Virus record (IMG/VR): IMGVR_UViG_2788500061_000001
Length of the DNA stretch: 64,000 nt
Strand: one strand, 5' to 3'
DNA from: an uncultured virus (IMG/VR IMGVR_UViG_2788500061_000001)
Lineage: Duplodnaviria > Heunggongvirae > Uroviricota > Caudoviricetes
Shown: piece by piece, positions 29,093 to 38,082 of the stretch
Layout: every line of letters starts with the position of its first letter
Position numbering within the stretch: the stretch's first letter is position 1
Made by a program: the position numbers and the translations under genes
The notes under the pieces: model-generated
The model's database searches: none
Seen by the model: only the letters and a program-made list of their open reading frames with translations
Told to the model about the DNA's origin: nothing

Positions 29093-29676
29093 GCGAAATC
29101 TTCCAGCTACTGCCCTTCTTTAATCAAACCGGTCCCGTGTTTCGGGATCTGGTCGGCGATCCGAACAGGAATGAACTGGATCCGGTCCAGGCAATCAATG
29201 ATATCAACAAGGGAGCCATTGAAAACAGTATCGAATGGCACCTCCGCTTCCAACGGCGGGCCGTGCATGAAGTGGATCTTCGGAATGCGCGGGGAATATT
29301 TCTACGAAAGTGGGCGGATATCTATGGGATACCGCGACCTTCATCGATGTCCGATGAAGACTTCATCGGATACATGATTGGCCGCATCCTCTCCGTAAGC
29401 TCAGCCCGACCGGCACTGGTGAGCATCTTTCCGGAGCCAAAGTATCAGGTCTTCGGCTGCGCACAGGTCGGGGCATTCCTGGATGTTTGTTACTACAATG
29501 TGGGTGTTCAAGACCCCAAGAAGACGAAAGTTCGCATGGCGAGCTCAGTTCTTACGTTCGGCACCAATTCGATCTATGTCTACGTAAAGGATCCGGACCA
29601 TATCGGCTCCGAGATTAAGAAGAAGTTATATGATACCCTGGCCGCCGGTTTCGCGGTCTACGCAGGAGTCTATTGA
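29089..29676 (+). CDS. Baseplate wedge protein (gpI-like)
   Basis: ARGIFLRKWADIYGIPR...SDEDF; follows J. Confidence 0.75.
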   Translation: MSEIFQLLPFFNQTGPVFRDLVGDPNRNELDPVQAINDINKGAIENSIEWHLRFQRRAVHEVDLRNARGIFLRKWADIYGIPRPSSMSDEDFIGYMIGRILSVSSARPALVSIFPEPKYQVFGCAQVGAFLDVCYYNVGVQDPKKTKVRMASSVLTFGTNSIYVYVKDPDHIGSEIKKKLYDTLAAGFAVYAGVY

Positions 29677-30446
29677 TGACAACGGTGGAAATCCCCTCTC
29701 AAGATAATGAAGTTAAGATCCTCTATGTGGAACCGCTCAGAAGGATTGAGTCTGAGGACATTAACACGGCGACCGGAGTGAACTTCGAGGGTTCTCAGCT
29801 TAAAATCGCAACCCTGGTTGCAAGAGCGATCATTGGCAAGGATCTAACGGACACTTGCTATCTGGGATTCAAGCCACCTTCATTTACATCTACGGAAATA
29901 ACCGTTCAGCGTGGTGTCATTATCACGGAAGAGGCAGTCTTTCAAATAGCCCCGACCACTTTGACGCCTACTCCGGAAGCCCACTATGGCATCTATGAAT
30001 GCGAATTTGTGGAAGAGATTGTGGACGAGGAGGCCCGNGACTTCTGGAACGCTGCCACAGAGGAAGCGGATCCTGCCATGAGCCCGACCCGAAAAAGATT
30101 CGGGATCAAAGTCTACGAGAAATACAATACGTCGGCCAGCTACCCGGCTGTCACCCCGGGCCGGTTTGAGCTTTTAAGATATCAAAAGCTGGCCGCATTT
30201 CAGGCGATTGACGATGTCCAGCTCCAGATCCAGACGGACTTTGATCTGATTACCGTGACCGACAATATTTCCCAGCTTTTCAGCGAACTATCAACGGAAA
30301 TAGCAGAACGGCAGTCNGCGGATGATCTGAAAAACTTTATCNGAACNAGNNTTCCNGGTCCTCCAGGAAACCAGGTATTNTTCCGGCAGGATGGAAATTA
30401 TCTCTACTGGTCTAACGATGGGAGTACCTGGCGCCCTTTCGCATAA
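29673..30446 (+). CDS. Tail fibre/baseplate attachment protein (short form; extendable by -1 frameshift)
   Basis: Position after wedge genes; ends at C CCT TTC GCA TAA. Confidence 0.7.
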   Translation: MMTTVEIPSQDNEVKILYVEPLRRIESEDINTATGVNFEGSQLKIATLVARAIIGKDLTDTCYLGFKPPSFTSTEITVQRGVIITEEAVFQIAPTTLTPTPEAHYGIYECEFVEEIVDEEAXDFWNAATEEADPAMSPTRKRFGIKVYEKYNTSASYPAVTPGRFELLRYQKLAAFQAIDDVQLQIQTDFDLITVTDNISQLFSELSTEIAERQXADDLKNFIXXXXXGPPGNQVXFRQDGNYLYWSNDGSTWRPFA

Positions 30447-30478
30447 CGCCCTCGTCTGGCCCGGTGGCGGGCGGGGGC
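30434..30478 (+). promoter_or_regulatory. Programmed -1 ribosomal frameshift signal
   Basis: Heptamer C CCT TTC (30434-30440), 7-nt spacer, stem GCCCUCGUCU/GGGCGGGGGC (30448-30478). Confidence 0.75.
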
Positions 30479-30970
30479 TTCAACGGGCATTGGGAGGGCA
30501 ATGTCAGNACAGCCAGATACGATGTGTTTCCGCAGGGAGCCTATAGCGTCGGCGATCAATGGTTCGCGGTGGACAGTCAGTTCGATGCCGGAGGCTCCTC
30601 TGTTCGTTGCCAGGAAACCGGGTTTGGATACGGAGGGTGTCTTCTCGGCTGCTGCCCCGGTGGGGGCGATCCTTTTTTGGGGTGCTTCCGTTGTAGTGTA
30701 ACCCTTCCGGATGGCGTAGAATACTGCAATGTTCAAGGTCTTCAGCCTTTTAAGGGATGGTACTTTGAGTCGAGAGCATGTGGCCTCGGATGCGAAAGCA
30801 ATTTCTATAAGCTCTGCTACAACCCGGATTGGAAAACGCGCTATAATGTATACGAATATCGTCCTGCCGAATGGCAGGAATTGAACGGGATCGAGTTCGA
30901 CCCCACGAACCCAATGCACGGATGGGTCTTTCGGTACCAGTCCGTGGTGGATGGCCTTGTTTATTCATAG
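30434..30970 (+). CDS. Cys-rich (10 Cys) C-terminal extension read in the -1 frame
   Basis: Frame opens after TAA at 30413; the only start is a GTG at 30464 with no SD, buried in the hairpin. Confidence 0.7.
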   Translation, partial: PFRITPSSGPVAGGGFNGHWEGNVXTARYDVFPQGAYSVGDQWFAVDSQFDAGGSSVRCQETGFGYGGCLLGCCPGGGDPFLGCFRCSVTLPDGVEYCNVQGLQPFKGWYFESRACGLGCESNFYKLCYNPDWKTRYNVYEYRPAEWQELNGIEFDPTNPMHGWVFRYQSVVDGLVYS

Positions 30971-31026
30971 GCGTATTTCAAATACTTGATTTTGGAATCC
31001 GGTGATGCCGGGAAAAGGAGAGAAAA

Positions 31027-31347
31027 ATGAACGAATCACAGATATTTCAATATATGAGCCAGATGGTTTTCAATGCCACGGCCAAGGGCCAGACCCGCGA
31101 AAAGGCTCTGGAGCAGGCCGAGGAAACCGTTTCCGGCATAGTCGACACATCGAAGAAGCTGGCCTCAGAGCTTGATTCAGAGGAGCTTGGCGAAAGCCAG
31201 ATCTTCCAGTACATGAGCCAACTGGTCTTTAATGATGTGATGAAGGGTAAGGACAGAGAAACGGCCCTGAAGGATGCAGCCAAAACAGTGAAGGCGATTG
31301 CAACGAAGACGAAAGCCCTGGCGGCCAAAGCACAGCCGAAAGAATAA
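31027..31347 (+). CDS. Helical protein made of two tandem ~53-aa repeats
   Basis: ESQIFQYMSQ(M/L)VFN...KG..RE.AL..A..TV..I occurs twice; AAGGAG SD. Confidence 0.8.
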   Translation: MNESQIFQYMSQMVFNATAKGQTREKALEQAEETVSGIVDTSKKLASELDSEELGESQIFQYMSQLVFNDVMKGKDRETALKDAAKTVKAIATKTKALAAKAQPKE

Positions 31348-31349
31348 TC

Positions 31350-31607
31350 ATGGCCTGCGGCAAGTGCGGCAGTTCTCCACCTGTGATTGCAGCCGAATCC
31401 GGAGATTGTCGAAAGAACACAACGGCACCCATCCCAGAAGGGTTCAGAGATAGGCGGAATGAACGTCTTGCAATCTGCCTGGAGTGCCCGGCATTGAAGC
31501 GATACGTCAAAATCTCGAAGATGGAACAATGCGGACTCTGCGCTTGTTTCGTTCGGGCCAAGACTGCGGTTCCATGGGAGAGGTGCCCGGCGGGCTTCTG
31601 GAAGTAG
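31350..31607 (+). CDS. Small Cys-rich protein (DUF6171-like)
   Basis: RLAICLECP...CGLCACFVRAK...CPAGFW. Confidence 0.75.
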   Translation: MACGKCGSSPPVIAAESGDCRKNTTAPIPEGFRDRRNERLAICLECPALKRYVKISKMEQCGLCACFVRAKTAVPWERCPAGFWK

Positions 31608-31610
31608 CTG

Positions 31611-33005
31611 ATGGCGTTTATATCACCCAGAGTTCGACTTATCGCTTACCGCCCCTTTGATAGAGAGCCAGTGGAGGTGCCTCTGGATCCGATTACAAAG
31701 ATCAGCTCCAGTCGAGGCTTCGGTCCGGGATCAATCAGTCTGACCTTTACTCGTGGCGTGGCCCCGGGAGAAATCCGGAAGGTCATGGATCTCCTGACGG
31801 ATCAGACCGTGGTCCAACTCCAGGTNAAGCGCAAGCCGGGGGATGAATGGAGACAATTAAANCTCTGCCATGTCAGNTCCGCGTCGACAACCATTCATGC
31901 GAAGGGTGAAGAATCCTGGAGTCCGGAACTGGTTACACTGGACGGAAAGCTCCAGAACCAGGTCTATTTCATTTCGTTACCCAACGGAGCAAAGAAGCTC
32001 ACTCCGGAGGAGGCTGCGGGCTTGCCGGAGGGGTCATTCCCCAGGGCTTTAATGCAGTTCGGAGAGTCCTTCAAGGGTGGAGTAAAGTCGCTGAAGCGCC
32101 TGATTGAAAACTTCTGGGATGAGATTATAGTAACGCTCATGAACCCGGAGCAGTATGGCACACGGACCGTGGTTTTCGGAGGGAAACGGCTTGCAGGTCC
32201 GGTCGGTTCCGACGATGCGCTGTCGACTTTGAAAGTGTTTTCTACTCCCTCCTACACCGAGCAGTTCATCTCATTCTTTAGCTTCCTGAATCAGATATCC
32301 ATTGGGAATAGCCCCAATTTCTACCAGATCATTTCAAGTCTGGCCACCGCCCCGCTGTATGAGTGGTTTTTCGATCCACTCCAGGGAAGCGGGGTGCTCG
32401 ACGAAGAATCAAAATACACGGTCAAGAATTCGCAGGGACTATTTATCTTCCGCAAGACCCCCTTTTTCGATATGTTCGACCAGTCCGGCAAATGGATCGA
32501 GCCGGCGGAAACAATTACGGACATCCACCAGTTGAATTACGGCCACAAAGACTCGGACATATACACCGGTGTGCATGTTGGGCTGACGGCCTTTGATCTC
32601 GGGGCCAATGCAATCGTTTTCAAACCGAAATGGTCCGGGCTCCTGGGGGCTACCCATGGCCATCGTCCACTCCAGATAAAGATGGATGGCATCAAACCGG
32701 GCGATATGGAACCGGATCAAATNACAGACGCACTCTCGAAGATCCAGGACAGGCTATTTGCGATATTCTGCGACAGTGAAGTGCCACGCCGCAATGCCAG
32801 CGTCTCGGCGAACTGTACTTTCGATTTCTTCCGGGTGGGACAATCCTACAAAATAGAAACTCCGAAATCCGCAAAAAAGGATTACGGCTCCTATGGTTAT
32901 GTAACCCAGGTCAAGGACACATTCAGCATTCAGGAAGCCGAAGCCTCCAGCAGCGTATCCCTGAAATGGATTGATCGCCTATCCGGAATTCCTTCCGAGC
33001 CTTGA
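31611..33005 (+). CDS. Baseplate hub-like tail protein
   Basis: 464 aa; C-terminal RVGQ...GYVTQVKDTFS typical of hub proteins. Confidence 0.6.
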   Translation: MAFISPRVRLIAYRPFDREPVEVPLDPITKISSSRGFGPGSISLTFTRGVAPGEIRKVMDLLTDQTVVQLQXKRKPGDEWRQLXLCHVXSASTTIHAKGEESWSPELVTLDGKLQNQVYFISLPNGAKKLTPEEAAGLPEGSFPRALMQFGESFKGGVKSLKRLIENFWDEIIVTLMNPEQYGTRTVVFGGKRLAGPVGSDDALSTLKVFSTPSYTEQFISFFSFLNQISIGNSPNFYQIISSLATAPLYEWFFDPLQGSGVLDEESKYTVKNSQGLFIFRKTPFFDMFDQSGKWIEPAETITDIHQLNYGHKDSDIYTGVHVGLTAFDLGANAIVFKPKWSGLLGATHGHRPLQIKMDGIKPGDMEPDQXTDALSKIQDRLFAIFCDSEVPRRNASVSANCTFDFFRVGQSYKIETPKSAKKDYGSYGYVTQVKDTFSIQEAEASSSVSLKWIDRLSGIPSEP

Positions 33006-33031
33006 CCGATTCCAGAGTTGGAGGGCACTCT
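33006..33031 (+). promoter_or_regulatory. Putative late promoter
   Basis: TTGA-CCGAT-N15-CACTCT-N5-ATG(33037). Confidence 0.6.
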
Positions 33032-33036
33032 AACGG

Positions 33037-33417
33037 ATGCCATACATCGGGCCATATATCCCGGAGGACTACGAGATAGAAGAAATGTTTGCTCAGCTTA
33101 CCCTTGCCAGAGGGGAAGTCTCATACAATGCNACNAACGTTGCCGTTGGAGACGCCCTGCCTAATGATTCGGTTATTGTTGCCTTATGTGTCCGCGTAGA
33201 AACGCCCTGGGACGTGCCCGCCAGCATGACAATCGGCAATAACAGCGATTCAGACCTCTATGCGGACGCGGATTCAATCGACCTGAATCAAGAGGGGCTC
33301 TACATGATCGATGTTTACGGGATTACCCTTGGCACATCAACAATCAACGCTTACATAAACGCTCCTGGTGCAGTAATCGGTAAGGCTACCGTCTTTGCCG
33401 TGGTACGCGTCGGATAA
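33037..33417 (+). CDS. Small beta-rich virion protein (decoration-like)
   Basis: 126 aa behind a late promoter motif. Confidence 0.6.
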   Translation: MPYIGPYIPEDYEIEEMFAQLTLARGEVSYNXXNVAVGDALPNDSVIVALCVRVETPWDVPASMTIGNNSDSDLYADADSIDLNQEGLYMIDVYGITLGTSTINAYINAPGAVIGKATVFAVVRVG

Positions 33418-33430
33418 TCCGGGATCTTGC

Positions 33431-33455
33431 CCGATAGTAAAAAACCAGCCCAAAT
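33431..33455 (+). promoter_or_regulatory. Putative late promoter (head operon)
   Basis: TTGC-CCGAT-N14-CCAAAT-N6-ATG(33462). Confidence 0.6.
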
Positions 33456-33461
33456 GCAGGC

Positions 33462-34329
33462 ATGGAATTTACCCATCCCTGNCATATTATCAAAGCCGAA
33501 GAGAATTCCGGACGGCTNAAAGTTCTGATTCGAGCCTCCACTGAAGGAGAAGACCGGCACGGCGAGCGTGTCCTAAAGAGCGCGTTTGCAGACCCGGANA
33601 TGCAACGGTCNTTTTCCAGGGAAGGCTACTACGACTANAACCACATAACAGATATTCTGGACAAACAGATGAAAGGTGTCTCCGGCACCGAACTTGTGGA
33701 NCTGCAGAAGGCCAAAGCAAGNGCNATCATTGGATATCCNGATCCCGACAAGTCGTTGTTNGTCGGGGATGATGGCGTNTATTCNCAGGGGTATCTATTC
33801 GCAGANAATGAATACGTCCAGGAAATCCGCAAGGGTCTTGAATCCGGCTGGTCNGGCTGGGGNGCTTCGATCTCNGGTTTTGCGAGCCCNNNGGACCTGG
33901 AAGGCAACACTTTCAAGAAGATTGNTCCTGAANAAGATCGCAATCGCCCCGCTCCAGGAAGTCATCAATCCGGATACAAGNGTTCAACTGGCCAAGTCNA
34001 ANCTCNTTCAGNTGATNAAGGCCGGTGAGGACTACTACACCGAAGAGCAGACGGGCGCAACCGACACCTTGCCCGATACAGAAATCCGTGACCAGATAAT
34101 TCAGGATCTACAGATGCAGGTCGGTCGGCTCACGCGATTGGTCCTTTCGCAACCTTCCATGCAGGAAGCTATCGCTCGTGAAGTGGTGGATGCGATCAAA
34201 TGCGGCACCCTGCCCCTGCAACACGATCCCATAGTCAGCTTTTTGACCGATAGCTTTGGCTTTGATACGGATTTAGCCAAGCAAGTCGCCAACGGCGTAC
34301 TGCTAACAGGTAACTTCGGAGCGGCATAG
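33462..34329 (+). CDS. Prohead protease (apparent frameshift near 33925 in N-rich sequence)
   Basis: ASTEGEDRHGERV...YDxNH...ASIxG, then KIAIAPLQEVINPDT in the adjacent frame; precedes scaffold and capsid. Confidence 0.75.
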
Positions 34330-34365
34330 CTCCTGAGAGTCCAGAGAAGAGGAGACACTGAACTT

Positions 34366-35052
34366 ATGAAATGGGCAGAAGAATTAATTGGAAAGATTCA
34401 ATCTTTAAGCGTTCGCAAAGCGGACGATCCGACCTCCGGCGATAAAGGCGGCGGATCCATCGAGGATCTGGCAATGGAGGCCGCGAACAAAATGGAGAAC
34501 GGCGAAATTGAACCGGATGCAGATTCCGCTAAGGACTTCCTGGTATCTAACGGTGTCGACGAATCTGAGGCCGGAGATTTTGCCAGAGATATCATAGATG
34601 CCTATTTCTCCGAGGATGATCCAAAATCCGGAGAAGGCGACGGGTCCGGGGACAAAGGAGACGTCAACAAGTCAAAGGATCCGACCCAGGATGAAGCCAA
34701 TTCGGACCAGATCCCCATTCAGAAGTCCATGGAGCGAATCGAAGAGGCCCTGAGTGTTCTCGGTTATGGCCTTACTCATATCCTGGACGAGCTGCAGGCA
34801 ACCCGCAAGGAGAATGCTGTCCTGAAAAGCCAGGTGGATGAATACCTCGGCAAGCCAGTTCGCAAGAGTACGGTTGAGCAAGTGGCCCCCGGTGCTGGCC
34901 AGGAGAGCGGCAGATCCACCTCCGAAACAAAGACCCTGATTCTGAAAGGAGTCCAGGCCGGTGAGCTTACCACTGAAGACATGACTGCCTTCGAAGTGGG
35001 TCGAGTGCTCACCGACAAAGCAAAGCATTACATCAATAAGGCAGGAGCCTGA
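34366..35052 (+). CDS. Scaffold protein
   Basis: Acidic/coiled-coil; between protease and capsid; multiple xKS/xKA sites. Confidence 0.7.
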   Translation: MKWAEELIGKIQSLSVRKADDPTSGDKGGGSIEDLAMEAANKMENGEIEPDADSAKDFLVSNGVDESEAGDFARDIIDAYFSEDDPKSGEGDGSGDKGDVNKSKDPTQDEANSDQIPIQKSMERIEEALSVLGYGLTHILDELQATRKENAVLKSQVDEYLGKPVRKSTVEQVAPGAGQESGRSTSETKTLILKGVQAGELTTEDMTAFEVGRVLTDKAKHYINKAGA

Positions 35053-35084
35053 TCCCTGAAAGCGCGACAACAGAGAGGATAGAA

Positions 35085-36506
35085 ATGAGAGAACTTAACG
35101 AACTACTGGAGATTAAGAAGGCCTTTGAGGCCAATCCGGGGATTACTGATGTGGCCGAGCTCTTTGACGGCCCGGCGCTCAGTATGCAATACATCGATGG
35201 AACCATGTCTTCCATCGTTGCAAGCGATGTTGACTTCGCTTTCCTGAATAAGCTGCCGAAACGATCGGTGGACCAGACCATTGCCGAATACAACAAAATG
35301 AAGAGCCACGGAGACTCTCCGTATCGCACTTCTTTCGTTGGGCAATCAGAGGATCCCCACTTCGCTGACGCATACCTGAAAAGAAAGTTCGATGAAATGG
35401 CGTACCTTTCTGAAGGGTTCACATATAACCGCGTAATTGCCCGAACCAGGAACACAAACGACCCGGAAATGGTATCGTCCACGTCCGCCATGCGCCGGAT
35501 GCTCACTTCCCTGTCCCGGGGCCTCTGGAATGGTGACCGTGACGCTCTATCCGTTGAAATGGACGGAATCGTTAAGAAGGTCTCTTCACTGGGCTCGGAC
35601 TTCGTTTACGATTGTCGTGGCCAGCTACCCGGTGCCGACGTAATCCAGCATTTTGCAGCTCAGATCCGAAGTAGATATTTCGGACTGGCCAACGAATTCC
35701 ACATGGCCGTCGGTTCCAAGAACCTGTTTGATCAGGCAGACCTCGGTGATAAGCAGTATATTTTCCTGGATGGCCAGAATGCCGGTGCAGGTCTGTATGC
35801 CAGCCGAGTTGTGGAGGGCCAGAAGGCTTCCTTCGCACTGAACAACAAGATTCAGTATGTACCGGATCTGTGGATCGATGAAAGCAATTTCGGCGTTCCA
35901 ATGGACTATGACCGGTCCACCGACTCCGTGGTCGAAAAGGCCGTAGGTGAAGCTCCTCCGGATACCCCTGCTCTGGCGGTCGCTGCTCAGGCTCCGTCCG
36001 TACCCGGCTCCAAATGGGAGGCTGGAGACGTTGGCACCGTAGCATACCGTGTGGCCGCTGTAGGCCCTAAAGGTGCTTCTCAGGCCACAACCTCACAATC
36101 CGCCACAGTAGCCGCAAATGGAGCCGTGGAACTGACCATCACTCCGGCTGCAGGAGGCAACTTCGCAGAGGCATTCCTGATCTTCCGTGAGACAGCTCCT
36201 GGCAACGGAGATTTCCGCAAGATTGCCCGTGTAAAGCGTGCAACCAGCGGTGACACTACCTTTGTGGACGTAAATGAGACAATCCCCGGAACCAGCGTCG
36301 GTGTCCTGGGCGACTTCAATAGCCGGTCCACTTCCGACGAAACCAGAACCATGGTTCTGAGTGAGCTTATGAGCCCGCTCAAAACCACATTCCCTCCGGG
36401 AGTTGGCGGCCTGCGACTGAACGTTGGCATGGTGGAGTATTTCACAACCATCCAACTCTTCGCCGAAGAGAAGTTCGTCGTATTCAAGAACATGCCAGTT
36501 ATCTAA
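35085..36506 (+). CDS. Major capsid protein
   Basis: 473 aa after protease/scaffold; IKKAF maturation-like site; followed by terminator. Confidence 0.85.
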   Translation: MRELNELLEIKKAFEANPGITDVAELFDGPALSMQYIDGTMSSIVASDVDFAFLNKLPKRSVDQTIAEYNKMKSHGDSPYRTSFVGQSEDPHFADAYLKRKFDEMAYLSEGFTYNRVIARTRNTNDPEMVSSTSAMRRMLTSLSRGLWNGDRDALSVEMDGIVKKVSSLGSDFVYDCRGQLPGADVIQHFAAQIRSRYFGLANEFHMAVGSKNLFDQADLGDKQYIFLDGQNAGAGLYASRVVEGQKASFALNNKIQYVPDLWIDESNFGVPMDYDRSTDSVVEKAVGEAPPDTPALAVAAQAPSVPGSKWEAGDVGTVAYRVAAVGPKGASQATTSQSATVAANGAVELTITPAAGGNFAEAFLIFRETAPGNGDFRKIARVKRATSGDTTFVDVNETIPGTSVGVLGDFNSRSTSDETRTMVLSELMSPLKTTFPPGVGGLRLNVGMVEYFTTIQLFAEEKFVVFKNMPVI

Positions 36507-36542
36507 TCTTCCCGGCATATCACTCCCAACAAGATACCCCCG

Positions 36543-36570
36543 GCCCCGGCAGTTTGCCGGGGCTTTTTTT
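36543..36570 (+). terminator. Rho-independent terminator after capsid gene
   Basis: GCCCCGGCA-GTT-TGCCGGGGC-TTTTTTT. Confidence 0.85.
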
Positions 36571-36575
36571 GAGCC

Positions 36576-37301
36576 ATGCAACCAATCAACCTACAAAGGC
36601 TACTGGATCGCGGCGAATTCCCACAGACCGCAAAATACCTGCACAGCCTTACCAGGGCTGCTAAGGCCAAGTATGAAAGCTACATCAGGAACTTCACACC
36701 TTCCTGGTGGGGCCGAATGGCACTGTCGACCGGGCCGGGTGGCGGTGGAGGCCTATTGATTCGCAAGGTACCCGGTGGCCTGGAGATTTACTATGCGAAT
36801 GCCGGAAAATACAACTACCTCGAAGTGGTAGAAAAGGGTCGAGGAACCTATGATATGAAACCAGCCCTCCTTAGATCGCCCCGGGCAAGGACGGGGAAGA
36901 ATGGTCGCTATATTATTATCCCCATGACCCGAAACAAAGACGGCTCCGAAGTCAATGAGGAGAATAATACGATCCATAGTGTCGTCCGAAGGACCGGCCA
37001 CTATATGGATCGAGAAGGAAAGAAGCGGATCAAATACGGGAAGGTTGAAGACCGCTCTGGCCGGGGCAATGTATATGCATTCGAGCAAGGGCCGGTGAAA
37101 TCCGGAGAGATGCAGTACAGCTATGCCAAGTTCCTGACCGTCTCGGAGAATTCCTCCGGGTGGATTCAAAAACCTATCCAGGGGGCGCGCATAGAACCAG
37201 AAATCCAGAAAGAGGTGGATAAGACAGTCCGGAGGGATCCGCGACTCCAGGAGGCGATCTCCAGGGACGTCGAAAAATTCCTGACCAGGTATTTCCAGTA
37301 A
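36576..37301 (+). CDS. Neck/tail-completion-like virion protein
   Basis: VEKGRGTYDMKPALL...GRYIIIP...FLTVSENS..W pattern of myophage neck proteins. Confidence 0.6.
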   Translation: MQPINLQRLLDRGEFPQTAKYLHSLTRAAKAKYESYIRNFTPSWWGRMALSTGPGGGGGLLIRKVPGGLEIYYANAGKYNYLEVVEKGRGTYDMKPALLRSPRARTGKNGRYIIIPMTRNKDGSEVNEENNTIHSVVRRTGHYMDREGKKRIKYGKVEDRSGRGNVYAFEQGPVKSGEMQYSYAKFLTVSENSSGWIQKPIQGARIEPEIQKEVDKTVRRDPRLQEAISRDVEKFLTRYFQ

Positions 37302-37324
37302 CCCTCTGTGCGGCACTCAGTTCC

Positions 37325-37349
37325 CCGATAGCCTTTTCTATGGCCTACT
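37325..37349 (+). promoter_or_regulatory. Putative late promoter
   Basis: CCGAT-N14-CCTACT-N7-ATG(37357). Confidence 0.55.
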
Positions 37350-37356
37350 CGGGTGC

Positions 37357-38058
37357 ATGAAAACCCTCCAAAAGACTCTGAATTTCATTTTCCAGTGTCT
37401 CTGGTTTGCCATCAAGGGATTGATTCCCAGAAAGATCGGCGCCGGAGATAAGATCATTCATTATGCCCCCAGACTCGTCGTTCAGTTATTACTGTCCTAT
37501 CTCGTAGGCGGTCCACGTCTCTTCCTGTTCGGAGATTCGAACAGTGAGGTAATGTCCCGCTTGAAAGTGATGATCGGTTTTGACGTGGTTGCCATTTCTG
37601 GCGGTATCGGTGGATCGAGGTTGGACCAATGGGTCGATTTCTTTGAAACATGGATCGGGAAACTCGTCCTATGGCTTGTTGGCGATGCTGAAACGGTCTG
37701 CAATCTTGGCGGCAACAATGCTCTCCATCGAAAGATGAAAACGGTTCCGGAATCTGCCCGTGAACTTCATGCGATTCGCCCGGATGCCTGGATCATCTTG
37801 ATACCGCCTATTCACTTCGATTTCTTTTCCTTTCTGGTTCAACCGAAACAACTCAGAAAGGATATCGAAAAAATCAACAAGGAACTACGCAAAGAGTACA
37901 AACCTCGAGTTATCGATCCAGAGCCCCTGGTGGACAAAGACGAGAACGGCGAACCGGATCCAGGTTCACTGAAGGATGCGGTACATTATGCAGACCGGCT
38001 TGTCTTTGAGATTCAGACTGTAATCGAGCTTACTGCCCTGGCCGAAGTGGACCGATAA
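37357..38058 (+). CDS. SGNH/GDSL hydrolase
   Basis: LFGDSN (block I), GIGG (II), LGGNN (III), DAVH (V). Confidence 0.85.
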   Translation: MKTLQKTLNFIFQCLWFAIKGLIPRKIGAGDKIIHYAPRLVVQLLLSYLVGGPRLFLFGDSNSEVMSRLKVMIGFDVVAISGGIGGSRLDQWVDFFETWIGKLVLWLVGDAETVCNLGGNNALHRKMKTVPESARELHAIRPDAWIILIPPIHFDFFSFLVQPKQLRKDIEKINKELRKEYKPRVIDPEPLVDKDENGEPDPGSLKDAVHYADRLVFEIQTVIELTALAEVDR

Positions 38059-38076
38059 GTCGATTGAACGTAGTAT
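38052..38076 (+). promoter_or_regulatory. Putative late promoter (cargo cluster)
   Basis: CCGAT-N14-TAGTAT-N6-ATG(38083). Confidence 0.7.
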
Positions 38077-38082
38077 CCGGCC

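Noticed and set aside
33462..34329. Programmed frameshift in the prohead protease
   Set aside because: The break near 33925 falls on ambiguous bases in an N-dense stretch with no slippery site; most likely a consensus artefact.
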